Shown here: in pieces, positions 39,362-48,837 of the stretch
Numbering within the stretch: position 1 is the stretch's first letter
How the letters are laid out: the number at the start of each line of letters is the position of its first letter
Assembly: GCA_001819815.1 (NCBI GenBank)
Contig: MHNO01000009.1
Span: 71,734 to 135,733 of the forward strand
Length of the DNA stretch: 64,000 bases
DNA from: Candidatus Ryanbacteria bacterium RIFCSPHIGHO2_02_FULL_45_17b
GTDB taxonomy: Bacteria > Patescibacteriota > Minisyncoccia > Ryanbacterales > 2-02-FULL-48-12
Direction: 5' to 3'
Position numbers and translations under genes: made by a program
The notes under the pieces: generated by a model
Seen by the model: the letters and a program-made list of their open reading frames with translations, nothing else
Databases searched by the model: none
Told to the model about the DNA's origin: nothing

Positions 39362-40912
39362 CTATGGAAATCTATAAGAATCAATAAATTTCTGAATCAC
39401 TTCTTTGAGTGTTTTCTCAATCTCTTCATCAATTGCTTTCTTTTCCCGCAGAGGAGCAAGTAAATCCGCTTCGTGGAATTTTTCGAGATATTCCGTAAAC
39501 TCCGCTTCAAATTTTTGAATATCTTCAGGTTTTATGTCTTTAAGGTATCCATTGATAGCCGCATAAAACAACACTACCTGGCGCTCAAACGGAACCGGTG
39601 ATAAATCGGATTGTTTCAAAAGCTCGGTCATAACACGGCCTTCTTGAATGCGTTTTTTTGTCTCATCATCCACATCCGACGCAAACTGCACAAACGACTG
39701 CAATTCACGAAACTGCGCGAGGGTAAGACGGAGCTTACCCGCAACTTTTTTCATGGCTTTAGTCTGTGCGGTAGACCCCACGCGCGAAACCGAAAGCCCC
39801 GCGTTGATTGCCGGGCGCATGCCTTTGTTGAATAAATCCGCCTCCAAATAAATTTGCCCGTCGGTTATAGAAATTACATTTGTGGGCACATATGCCGTAA
39901 CATCACCCAGTTGCGTTTCAATAATAGGAAGCGCAGTTAGAGAACCACCGCCCTTTTCTTTGGAAAGCTTTGCCGAACGCTCCAACAACCGCGAATGCAA
40001 ATAAAATACGTCCCCGGGATACGCCTCGCGCCCCGGCGGCCGGCGCAAGAGCAATGAAATTTGGCGATAGGCTGATGCGTGTTTTGAAAGATCGTCATAA
40101 ATAACCACCGCGTCTTTTCCGTTATTGCGAAAATATTCTCCGATTGCGCACCCCGCAAACGGCGCTAAGTACCAAAACGCCGCGCTCGAAGACGCGGGAG
40201 CCGAAACCACAACCGTATACCCCATGGCGCCCTGTTCTTTCAACGTTTCCACCATGCGGGCAACTTTGGATTCTTTCTGCCCAATAGCCACGTAAATACA
40301 AACGGGCGGTTCCCCCTCTTCTTTTTGCTGGTTTACAATAACATCAAGCGCGATGGCGGTTTTGCCGGTTTGACGATCGCCAATGATAAGTTCGCGCTGA
40401 CCGCGGCCAATAGGGATCATAGCATCAATGGCTTTGATGCCCGTGTGCAGAGGCGTATTTACCGACTCGCGATCCACCACGGACGGCGCTTGCTCCTCCA
40501 AAAACATTCGCTGTCTCAAAGATGTGTCTGATTTCCCTGAAAAAAGCGGCCCCTTTCCATCCATGGGGTTTCCCAATGGATCAACCACGCGCCCCAAAAT
40601 TTCGGGTCCCACTTCAACCGAAAGGATTGTGCCCGTAGTTCGCACCGCATCTCCGCTTTGAATGCCTTTGTACTCACCGAGCACCAACGCGCCGATGGTT
40701 TCTTCGCCCAAGTTTAACGCAAGCGCCATGCGTTCGCTGCCTTCACGCGCTTCTACGCGCAACAGCTCCTGACTTACAGCGTTTCGTAATCCGGATACTT
40801 TTAAAATACCGTCTCCCACTTCGATAACTTCACCTGCATCTTCCCATTTCGACTCATCATGAAAGTCTGCTATTTCGCGTTTTAATTTTTCTATAAGTTC
40901 GTAAGACATCAC
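39362..40912 (-). CDS. atpA: F0F1 ATP synthase subunit alpha
   Basis: [13 protein letters not shown]-loop. 516 aa. Confidence 0.95.
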   Translation of the reverse strand: MMSYELIEKLKREIADFHDESKWEDAGEVIEVGDGILKVSGLRNAVSQELLRVEAREGSERMALALNLGEETIGALVLGEYKGIQSGDAVRTTGTILSVEVGPEILGRVVDPLGNPMDGKGPLFSGKSDTSLRQRMFLEEQAPSVVDRESVNTPLHTGIKAIDAMIPIGRGQRELIIGDRQTGKTAIALDVIVNQQKEEGEPPVCIYVAIGQKESKVARMVETLKEQGAMGYTVVVSAPASSSAAFWYLAPFAGCAIGEYFRNNGKDAVVIYDDLSKHASAYRQISLLLRRPPGREAYPGDVFYLHSRLLERSAKLSKEKGGGSLTALPIIETQLGDVTAYVPTNVISITDGQIYLEADLFNKGMRPAINAGLSVSRVGSTAQTKAMKKVAGKLRLTLAQFRELQSFVQFASDVDDETKKRIQEGRVMTELLKQSDLSPVPFERQVVLFYAAINGYLKDIKPEDIQKFEAEFTEYLEKFHEADLLAPLREKKAIDEEIEKTLKEVIQKFIDSYRFP

Positions 40913-41280
40913 AATAAATTATGCAACTTCCTCTTCAGCGACCCATCAAATTCGCGCTCCCCATCGACAATTATTCTCATTCCCGCGATGAGATCAGGGC
41001 GTATCTGTTCTTCTATATAATCTTTTTTGGAAAATACTTCCCCAATTTTTTTACGTTGGGTGTCCGTAAGGGGACGGGCTGTTTCTACTGTAACCCATGT
41101 TCCCTTGCGGTGATGCACTAATTCCTTCGAAACCTGCATGGCAATACGCGGCCATTGAGCCCCCTGCCCGTGACGCAACACTGCACGAGACAGATTGCGG
41201 ACCAACTCTTCTTCGGACGCGCCTTCGCTTAGCGCTTTCCGAAATGCTTCGGCGTAAAGAAAAGGAGAAACAGATATCAT
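40909..41280 (-). CDS. atpH: F0F1 ATP synthase subunit delta (short, OSCP C-terminal-like)
   Basis: Position between atpF and atpA. The tail [20 protein letters not shown] is delta-like. Confidence 0.65.
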   Translation of the reverse strand: MISVSPFLYAEAFRKALSEGASEEELVRNLSRAVLRHGQGAQWPRIAMQVSKELVHHRKGTWVTVETARPLTDTQRKKIGEVFSKKDYIEEQIRPDLIAGMRIIVDGEREFDGSLKRKLHNLL

Positions 41281-41780
41281 GCGTGTTTCATTACACCCGT
41301 AAGAGCTTTTTCGATAAGAGAATCATCAACACGTTCCGGATCCATTTCCACAACGCGCGCCACCGCCGTTCGAACCAACGTCCGCGCTTCCCGCTCAAAT
41401 TCAGCCCGTAGTTTCTCCTGTTCGGTATCAATGGTTCTGCGTGCTTCCTGCATTAACACTTCTCCTTTCCTCCGAGAGCTTTCAAGCAACACCCCCTCGC
41501 GTTCTTTTGCCTTTACTTCCGCATCGCCCAACAATGACATTGCTTCAGCTTCGGCTTCACGCAAACGATCACGCACCATTTCTTTAACATTTTGCAACCG
41601 CAAATCCGCCTCTTTTGCTTTTGCAATGCCCTGTTCCACGCGTTCTTTCCGTTCGCGCAACAGTACCGAAATTGGCTTATACACGAACACGCGCAACACC
41701 ACGAGCACCAAAAGAAAATTAACCACTTGGCTTGCCAAGAGCCGCCAATCAATGCCAAATTGTTTGATGAATGCTTCCAC
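41277..41780 (-). CDS. atpF: F0F1 ATP synthase subunit b
   Basis: N-terminal TM helix plus a long charged coiled-coil. Confidence 0.8.
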   Translation of the reverse strand: MEAFIKQFGIDWRLLASQVVNFLLVLVVLRVFVYKPISVLLRERKERVEQGIAKAKEADLRLQNVKEMVRDRLREAEAEAMSLLGDAEVKAKEREGVLLESSRRKGEVLMQEARRTIDTEQEKLRAEFEREARTLVRTAVARVVEMDPERVDDSLIEKALTGVMKHA

Positions 41781-41783
41781 CTA

Positions 41784-42026
<243 letters not shown>

Positions 42027-42054
42027 TTATGTTTTATAAATACGTCGACCGAAA

Positions 42055-42807
42055 TTATTCATGCTCCGATGCATGTTGCGTTGTTGCTATGGCAATAAAC
42101 ACAAGAGCGAGCATACTAAACACAAACGCTTGGATAAACCCGACAAATAGCTCAAGAATAAAAAAGGGGACAGGCGCTCCGAACGGCACCAAAAACGCGA
42201 TGACCACCAACAGTACCTCCCCCGCAAAGACATTCCCGAACAAACGAAAGGCGAACGAAATCATCTTAGCAATTTCTGAAATAAATTCAAGGATACCCAC
42301 AAAAAAATGAATAGGGCCTGAAAAGTCCAAAAACTTGGACGCATATTTCCATGCGCCAATCGACATAATACCAAATACATTTATTGCTACAACCGTAAGA
42401 ATGGCGAGCGCAAGGGTAAAGTTAAGATCACTCGCGGGAGACCGCAACAACGGCGTAAAAGAGTGGCCATGACCTGTTTCTTCCACAAGACCCAGCGATC
42501 CGACACCGGGAAGAATGCCAAGCCAGTTGGAAACAAGAATAAACACGAAAATAGTAACCACAAAGGGAAGATAGTGCTCCGATTTTTTCCGGCTATCAAG
42601 GACGGAATCCATCAAACCAACAAATTCTTCATACGCAAACTCGACAATTCCCTGTGCCGCACCCGGCACTTCAGCGTACATTCGTCTAAGCACATAACTG
42701 CCGAGAGCAATAATGCCTACAGCAAGGACTGAAGCAAAAAGCGTATTGGTAAACGGATAAGTACCTATAAAAAAAAGAGGCTCCGCGTTAAGAAATATCT
42801 CGTGCAT
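42055..42807 (-). CDS. atpB: F0F1 ATP synthase subunit a
   Basis: Five TM helices. Conserved Arg in ...FAFRLFGNVFAGEV... Confidence 0.9.
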   Translation of the reverse strand: MHEIFLNAEPLFFIGTYPFTNTLFASVLAVGIIALGSYVLRRMYAEVPGAAQGIVEFAYEEFVGLMDSVLDSRKKSEHYLPFVVTIFVFILVSNWLGILPGVGSLGLVEETGHGHSFTPLLRSPASDLNFTLALAILTVVAINVFGIMSIGAWKYASKFLDFSGPIHFFVGILEFISEIAKMISFAFRLFGNVFAGEVLLVVIAFLVPFGAPVPFFILELFVGFIQAFVFSMLALVFIAIATTQHASEHE

Positions 42808-42822
42808 TACCGTTCTTTTATA

Positions 42823-43074
42823 TCATGATTTTTCTTCCTCTGCAAGCAGTTTTTTCTTTAACATGCTTCCCCTATTATACCCTCCCATTGTTCCGTCCGA
42901 ACGTACCACACGATGGCATGGAATCGCAGGATCATAGTTTGTGTTGAGAACATTTCCTACTGCCCGCCACGCAAACGGTTTTCCCACGCGCAGAGCAACC
43001 TCTTTATACGTAAGAGTGGTACCGGAAGGAATGCGCCGCACAACCTGAAACACGTGTTGTTTGAATGTGTCCAA
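42823..43074 (-). CDS. MGMT-family DNA-binding domain protein (Ogt C-terminal-domain-like)
   Basis: IPCHRVV (PCHR active-site motif) and an HTH. 83 aa. Confidence 0.7.
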   Translation of the reverse strand: MDTFKQHVFQVVRRIPSGTTLTYKEVALRVGKPFAWRAVGNVLNTNYDPAIPCHRVVRSDGTMGGYNRGSMLKKKLLAEEEKS

Positions 43075-43079
43075 ATATG

Positions 43080-43343
43080 TTAATCGTTTAAATCTTCTTT
43101 CAATTCTTCTTCAACCTTGTCAATTTGGTTTTTTGAAAGATGGTGATGGCTTGGGTGTTCACGTAAGTATTTTACCAAGTTCTCCGTTTCATGTTTCGTC
43201 ATGGATTTTCCGCCAAAAGCCCCGTCTGTATCAAAATGACCGCTTGTGGCATTGCGTAAATCTTTAATATCCGTATCACTTAAACCATTTCGCCGAAGCG
43301 TGGAAAGAGCTTTACCAAATTCATCTCGAGATATGTTTGCCAT
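43080..43343 (-). CDS. hypothetical protein
   Basis: 87-aa charged ORF. No family recognised. Confidence 0.3.
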   Translation of the reverse strand: MANISRDEFGKALSTLRRNGLSDTDIKDLRNATSGHFDTDGAFGGKSMTKHETENLVKYLREHPSHHHLSKNQIDKVEEELKEDLND

Positions 43344-43355
43344 ATGAACATTATA

Positions 43356-43829
43356 TTACTTCTTAATTAAAACTTGCAAATCCTGCAATACTTCTTCCGC
43401 GTGTTGTTCTGGTTTTACTTTTTCGTAGATTTTTGCAATTTTTCCTTTCGGGTCTATGAGAAACGAAGTCCGCAAAATACCCATATACTCCCGCCCCATA
43501 AACTTTTTCTTTGCCCACACGCCATATTTTTTTATAATATCCTTATTTTCATCTGACAGCAATACAAACGGAAGGGTGTATTTTTCAGCAAATTTTTTGT
43601 GTTTCGCCACGGAATCCGCGCTCACGCCAAACACCACCGCGCTCATTTTTTTGAATTGAGGAAACGCGTCCCGCACCCCGCACGCTTCTTTGGTGCACCC
43701 GGGCGTATCATCCTTTGGATAAAAATATAAAAGCACCCACATGCCTTTGTAATCCGAAAGAGTATGAATTTTCTCATTTTGATCCGGAAGAGTAAACGCG
43801 GGCGCCATATCTCCTAGTTTCAGTTTCAT
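43356..43829 (-). CDS. bcp: thioredoxin-dependent thiol peroxidase (peroxiredoxin, Bcp-type)
   Basis: FYPKDDTPGCTKEAC peroxidatic Cys motif. Confidence 0.85.
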   Translation of the reverse strand: MKLKLGDMAPAFTLPDQNEKIHTLSDYKGMWVLLYFYPKDDTPGCTKEACGVRDAFPQFKKMSAVVFGVSADSVAKHKKFAEKYTLPFVLLSDENKDIIKKYGVWAKKKFMGREYMGILRTSFLIDPKGKIAKIYEKVKPEQHAEEVLQDLQVLIKK

Positions 43830-43872
43830 ACTGTATAGTATAACTCCGCCGCAGAAAAAATAAAAGGCGAGA

Positions 43873-44337
43873 TTACACTCGCCTGTTTCTGGGAATAGTA
43901 GCCTTGATGCGGATACCCCGCATTGGTTGTTTTAGTTTTGCAAACAAACAGATATATAAATAATTCCGTTGGTCGCCCGTAAACGAACTCCATAGCCATT
44001 TTTCTCGTTTTGTTATCGTGCGTTCACCTGCTTTTGTATCGAGCTTATGAAGCAATTCATGAAGGAAAATTTTACCAACATCATGCAATCTGCCATCATA
44101 TCTTCCCATTGGGTTGAGAAACAGAACTTTCTCATCCCACATGTACATACCCAACAATAACTCTCTACCTCGTGTACTATGACGCGGAACAAGAGGATCA
44201 CGCAGACGTTCTTTGAATTCTACACGCTCAATAGGTGTGCGCCAATACATTCTCTGAACCTTTCTAAAATACGCATCTACTCTCTTTTTTTCGCTCCACT
44301 CACCATGAAATGGAATACTACAAACCACAACTGACAT
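43873..44337 (-). CDS. hypothetical protein with an HExxH motif (possible zinc-metallopeptidase-like)
   Basis: IFLHELLHKLD. No further family evidence. Confidence 0.35.
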   Translation of the reverse strand: MSVVVCSIPFHGEWSEKKRVDAYFRKVQRMYWRTPIERVEFKERLRDPLVPRHSTRGRELLLGMYMWDEKVLFLNPMGRYDGRLHDVGKIFLHELLHKLDTKAGERTITKREKWLWSSFTGDQRNYLYICLFAKLKQPMRGIRIKATIPRNRRV

Positions 44338-44404
44338 AAAAATCCTCCTTTCCAATTATGTTCTTTTTCATCATAAATCCTCAACAATAAAAAATCCATA
44401 TAAA

Positions 44405-44440
44405 AAACACGCGTGATTACTTCGCGCGTGTTTTTTATAT
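44405..44440. terminator. bidirectional intrinsic terminator-like hairpin
   Basis: ACACGCG...CGCGTGT 7-bp stem flanked by A-run and T-run (AAAAAACACGCGTGATTACTTCGCGCGTGTTTTTTAT). Confidence 0.4.
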
Positions 44441-44441
44441 T

Positions 44442-45221
44442 TTACAGGCTTGGCAATGGTTCTATAAGAACCTTCGCGGTTCCTGCCTTCTGATAACCAA
44501 GAACTTTTGCCGCCTGCTTTGAGAGATCAATTCCTCGTTCGTATTTTTCAAAATTACCACGATCTGTGATACGGAGTTCGATAGACACACCATTTTCGAC
44601 ATTTGTTACGCGAACCTTCATGCCTAACGGCAAATACATATGCGCGGCAACGAGATCGTTTTGGTCGAAAATCTGCGTGTTCGCCATTGCTTTTCCATGA
44701 AATCCCGGACCATACCAGGATGCTTCCACCAACTGCGACTCCCACTCAAGATTATAAAGCGTAAGTTCCGCGCCGGGTTTTAAGTGATAGTCAGGAGACG
44801 TAAGATTATTCCACTCAATAATTTGCTGCGGCTTTATCCACACACCATCACGCTTCATGTCACGGGCAATGGTATGCACCGTATCACCTTCGCGGACTGT
44901 GTATGGAATTTCCCCTGTTACCCGATAATGTTCGCCGAGACCTTTCGGGGAATAATCACGTTGCTCCTCTACGGCTGAAATTACACTTGTAATCTCTTTG
45001 ACAAAGTTATTCACATCCGCCCCACCTTCTCCATTCAGACCACCGCCAAACATAGAGAACAGTGATGAAGCGGTAAAAAACCCTGCCGCAAGGCCTTTTG
45101 AAAGCTTTTCTACGGTTCCTTCCGCATAAGCCATAAAAGCCCTTATAAATAAGTGTTTTTTAGACATAATCGCCAATTTGGGATCAATCCGCAAACTGCC
45201 GGACGAACCTACTCTTGACAA
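44442..45221 (-). CDS. LysM domain + RlpA-like double-psi beta-barrel protein (septal ring lytic transglycosylase RlpA family)
   Basis: LysM segment (YTVREGDTVHTIARDM), then DPBB (SWYGPGFHGKAMANTQIFDQNDLVAAHMYLPLGMKVRVTN...ITDRG). Confidence 0.7.
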   Translation of the reverse strand: MSRVGSSGSLRIDPKLAIMSKKHLFIRAFMAYAEGTVEKLSKGLAAGFFTASSLFSMFGGGLNGEGGADVNNFVKEITSVISAVEEQRDYSPKGLGEHYRVTGEIPYTVREGDTVHTIARDMKRDGVWIKPQQIIEWNNLTSPDYHLKPGAELTLYNLEWESQLVEASWYGPGFHGKAMANTQIFDQNDLVAAHMYLPLGMKVRVTNVENGVSIELRITDRGNFEKYERGIDLSKQAAKVLGYQKAGTAKVLIEPLPSL

Positions 45222-45291
45222 GAAAGCATTATATATGAGTTATATATAAAAGTCAATAGCTGGTATTTTCATGTCATGATACACTCAAAGT

Positions 45292-46023
45292 ATGTCAGAA
45301 TCACCTCGTGTAACAGTGGTTGTCCCCACTTACAATGAAAAAGACTCCCTTCCGGAGCTTATAAAGCGGATTTTTGCGCTTCCGGTTAAAAACCTCGACG
45401 TGCTTGTAGTTGACGATAATTCGCCCGACGGCACCGGCGCGCTCGCAGACTCTCTTTCAAAAAAATATCCCCTCCGCGTAATCCACCGAAAAGAAAAACA
45501 AGGGCTTGGCAAAGCATACATGCACGCGTTTGGTGAAATCCTCGGGCTTCCCTCAGACGAGCGTCCCGAGCTCATTATGCAAATGGATGCGGATCTTTCG
45601 CATAACCCTTCCGACATTCCGCGCTTTCTTGAACGCGTACAAACATGCGACGTGGTGCTTGGCTCCCGCTATGTTCCGGGCGGCAGCATTAAAAACTGGG
45701 ATATAGTTCGACGTCTGGTCAGCCGTCTTGGCAATATATACGCATCACTTATTCTCGGCTTGCCACATCGCGATCTTACAGGCGGATATAAATGCTTCCG
45801 CGTAGAAGTTCTGCAGGCGATGGACATAACCGCGGTAAGTTCAATCGGCTACAATTTTCAAATCGAAATGACCTATCTTGCGCAGAAAAAGGGCTTTCGT
45901 ATATGCGAAATCCCTATTTTTTTTACGGAACGCAAAGCGGGAACATCTAAGTTTAACGCGGGAATTATTCTAGAAAGTTTTTGGAAAGTACTTATGTTGA
46001 GGTTTAAGAAACAACCGAAATAA
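45292..46023 (+). CDS. GT2 polyprenol-phosphate glycosyltransferase (dolichol-phosphate mannose synthase-like)
   Basis: VVVPTYNE ... VLVVDDNSPDGT ... DAD motif. 243 aa. Confidence 0.85.
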   Translation: MSESPRVTVVVPTYNEKDSLPELIKRIFALPVKNLDVLVVDDNSPDGTGALADSLSKKYPLRVIHRKEKQGLGKAYMHAFGEILGLPSDERPELIMQMDADLSHNPSDIPRFLERVQTCDVVLGSRYVPGGSIKNWDIVRRLVSRLGNIYASLILGLPHRDLTGGYKCFRVEVLQAMDITAVSSIGYNFQIEMTYLAQKKGFRICEIPIFFTERKAGTSKFNAGIILESFWKVLMLRFKKQPK

Positions 46024-46033
46024 GGTAGGAATA

Positions 46034-47749
46034 ATGAAAAAAAATTCTTGGCTTCTCCCAGTAATACTATTGACCGCTAGTGTACTTCGTTTATGGTCAC
46101 TCGGTAGCGGTGATACGCTTTCCGATGAAGTACTATACTCATTCCGCGCCATCGGCATGCTCGATTTTGATGAAGCGGCAGAACAAACAACGCCCCTTGA
46201 ATGGTTCGACCCACACATACCCTCATGGACAAAATTTTCTTTTCACGACCACCCGCCATTTGTATTTGCCGTACAACATATATCCATGCGCATGTTCGGA
46301 GAAACGCCGTTCGCATTTCGTCTGCCATCGGCACTTTTAGGAATTGCCTCCCTATACTTGCTGTATCGAATAGGATCTTTATTGTATGGAGAACGCGCGG
46401 GACTTCTTGCGGCGGCTCTCATGGGCGTAACAACAAACCATGTCGCAATCTCACGCCTCGGTTTACAGGAATCATACGTAATCTTTTTTATTCTTCTTGC
46501 CACCTATTTTTTTCTAAAAGCCGAAAAACAAAAAAAGTATTATATTCTCGTAGGCATCGTACTGGGATTCGCAATGCTTACTAAATACACGAGCGGAATT
46601 CTTATCCCTGTGTTTCTGACATATATGCTCCTCTTTCGGAGAAATGATTTTTTTTCACGTTTTGTGTACATAGGCGTACTGTGCGCTTTTCTTCTTTTTT
46701 CACCCGTTTTCTATTACAATTTTAGACTCTATCAAGCAGTCGGGCATTTTGATTTCCAACTTTCTTATATACTAGGACAAAACCCGGAAGTGTGGAGTGT
46801 GCAACCCGGCAAAGAAGAGTTTCCCACACTCGTGAGCCGTGCAAGAGCATTCTTTCCAAACATAATGCATTTTAATTCATGGCTCTTCTTGTCTCTTGTC
46901 ACAATCAGTATTGGCGCATGTGTTATTTCTCTCAAAAAGAATATGAAAGAAGTAGCACGAATGCATGCTTTTCTTTTCATAACACTCATCTGGCTTCTTT
47001 TTCTTATCATTGGCATCATTGGTCCCTCTCTGCGATTCTTGGCAATGCTTACACCATTTATGATACTTGTGACAGTCAGTGTATTACAGATACTAGCGGA
47101 GGCGAAACCTCCGAATTATACTTATATTCGGAGGTTTCGCCTCCGATATATTATTGGAATATTACTTCTGTTTGAAATCCTCTACTCTGCCAACTCTCAA
47201 TTGCTTCCGTACCCCAAAGGTCCGGAGTTTTGGGCATGGTCCCCCGTGCGCTATGAAAATTATCATCGGGGGTATGAAGAACTTGATTTGTGGATGCGTA
47301 AACAAACAGATGACCGCATGCCCGCGCTCGCGTTCGAACCTACATATAATTTCATAGGAGAAATCCATAAACAATCACTCGCCACCGACGAACGCGCTGG
47401 TAAAAAACCCCTCTCAACACTTTTTGTATATGATAAAAACATAAACAGCATTGCCCAGCTCTGGATACTGGACCGCCTGCAAGTGTACCATGCCTGGCCC
47501 ATCATACCCGCTGACACCTACATAAAATTTCTAAATGAAAAAGGGGCAGATTATTTTAAAAAAGCTGGATTCGCTGAAATATATTATATCTTTCCGACAG
47601 AAAACGTTCCGTGGAAAAAGGAACAATACCTCACCAACATTGGCATGAAGTTAGAACAAACCTTGACGAAAAGTGGTCTTGTACTATACACTGTACTTGA
47701 AAACAAACGCTCCGAACCCGTGTTTCGAATTTATAAGATGGAGATATAA
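46034..47749 (+). CDS. GT39/ArnT-like polyprenol-phosphate-sugar dependent glycosyltransferase (carries an in-frame palindromic insertion)
   Basis: About 11 TM helices, the conserved DE/DT loop after TM1 (LSDEV), and a C-terminal soluble domain. Adjacent to the GT2 synthase. Confidence 0.8.
   Translation: MKKNSWLLPVILLTASVLRLWSLGSGDTLSDEVLYSFRAIGMLDFDEAAEQTTPLEWFDPHIPSWTKFSFHDHPPFVFAVQHISMRMFGETPFAFRLPSALLGIASLYLLYRIGSLLYGERAGLLAAALMGVTTNHVAISRLGLQESYVIFFILLATYFFLKAEKQKKYYILVGIVLGFAMLTKYTSGILIPVFLTYMLLFRRNDFFSRFVYIGVLCAFLLFSPVFYYNFRLYQAVGHFDFQLSYILGQNPEVWSVQPGKEEFPTLVSRARAFFPNIMHFNSWLFLSLVTISIGACVISLKKNMKEVARMHAFLFITLIWLLFLIIGIIGPSLRFLAMLTPFMILVTVSVLQILAEAKPPNYTYIRRFRLRYIIGILLLFEILYSANSQLLPYPKGPEFWAWSPVRYENYHRGYEELDLWMRKQTDDRMPALAFEPTYNFIGEIHKQSLATDERAGKKPLSTLFVYDKNINSIAQLWILDRLQVYHAWPIIPADTYIKFLNEKGADYFKKAGFAEIYYIFPTENVPWKKEQYLTNIGMKLEQTLTKSGLVLYTVLENKRSEPVFRIYKMEI
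47096..47146. repeat. 51-bp palindromic element inserted in frame in the GT39 gene (copy 2)
   Basis: CGGAGGCGAAACCTCCGAAT TATACTTAT ATTCGGAGGTTTCGCCTCCG has the same arms as the fmt copy with a different centre. It encodes AEAKPPNYTYIRRFRLR. Confidence 0.7.
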
Positions 47750-48139
47750 ATGCTTATTCCCGTAAGGATCGTTATCAAGGTTTTTTTGAAAGAATATCAA
47801 AAAACAACGCAATACACCTTTTACAAGGACACAGAATTACCATCAGCCATCCTGCATCTAGACAAACACCATACCGTGCGGCTGAACATAGGAGATATGT
47901 TCCATGATTTTGCGTTGCATAGAGAAAAACTCCCCCTTTGTTTGGAAAATAGAGCGCGCGTCGTTGTATATTTAGATACAATTTGCGATACAGATGGAAT
48001 TCTGTTCGAGAGATTCAGCCAGCATTGGAGCCTTACTGAAGATTCCTCCAACGCGGAAGATTTTACAAAAACACCCGAACTGCCGAAGGTAAAACGAGCG
48101 TACAGGAAAAAAGCTAACGTGGAACCGCAACCAGCCTAA
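47750..48139 (+). CDS. hypothetical protein
   Basis: 129-aa ORF. The ATG overlaps the upstream stop (TAAATG). Confidence 0.4.
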   Translation: MLIPVRIVIKVFLKEYQKTTQYTFYKDTELPSAILHLDKHHTVRLNIGDMFHDFALHREKLPLCLENRARVVVYLDTICDTDGILFERFSQHWSLTEDSSNAEDFTKTPELPKVKRAYRKKANVEPQPA

Positions 48140-48226
48140 GTAAATCTCCATAGCGCGCGGAGTAATATTTGTAGCATATGAATAGTTAAAAACCGAAACA
48201 GAAACGGGACCGCAGGCGCTAAGAAA

Positions 48227-48682
48227 TTAGCGCTCTTTTTTTTCGTACGTCCCCATAATCTTTGCGTCTGCCACTATATGCCCTTCCATTGCTTCTATTA
48301 CGTCCTTCGCGCCCGATGCTAAAGGAATGCTCAACATCGTATCGAGCGCGTAGAGTTTGAAAAAGTAGCGGTGCACGCCACTTGGTGGGCATGGACCGTG
48401 ATAAGAATGAGCGCGATTTGTTTTTCCTTGGGCGGCGCCTTCGGGCACCGACCCCTCCGTAATTTCGCGCGTGTCAGGACGGATATTCCAAACCACCCAG
48501 TGCACCCACGTGCCGCCAGGCGCGTCAGGGTCATCCACAATTAACACCAAACTTTTCGCGTTCTGGTCTACATCACTTATGGAAAGGGGTGGGTTTATTC
48601 CACGCGTTAGCGGATTCGCATCACAGGTATATTTTTTTGGGATGGGATCAGTATTTTTAAATGCGGAACTTAGTATATGCAT
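48227..48682 (-). CDS. YbhB/YbcL-family (PEBP/RKIP-like) protein
   Basis: DPDAPGGTWVHWVVWNI ... YHGPCPPSGVHRYFFKLYAL. Start at MHILSSAF, since the longer ORF extension runs into the MITE copy. Confidence 0.8.
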   Translation of the reverse strand: MHILSSAFKNTDPIPKKYTCDANPLTRGINPPLSISDVDQNAKSLVLIVDDPDAPGGTWVHWVVWNIRPDTREITEGSVPEGAAQGKTNRAHSYHGPCPPSGVHRYFFKLYALDTMLSIPLASGAKDVIEAMEGHIVADAKIMGTYEKKER

Positions 48683-48699
48683 GGTTTTTATAATACTTT

Positions 48700-48820
48700 G
48701 AATTACGAAACACATTCTCATCTGATGACCGCCCCGCGAATTGATAGCGAGTCGAACGAGATATGTTAAAAAATGAAGGTACTTGCGTGTGCAAATTGAG
48801 GGGAGGTCATCAGATGAGGG
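48700..48820. mobile_element. MITE-like element, copy 2 (lacks the internal hairpin and the outer right arm)
   Basis: GAATTACGAAACACATTCTCATCTGATGACCGCC ... GGGAGGTCATCAGATGAGGG. Lies between the pepA stop and the PEBP start. Confidence 0.5.
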
Positions 48821-48837
48821 TATGTATGTATAGACAA

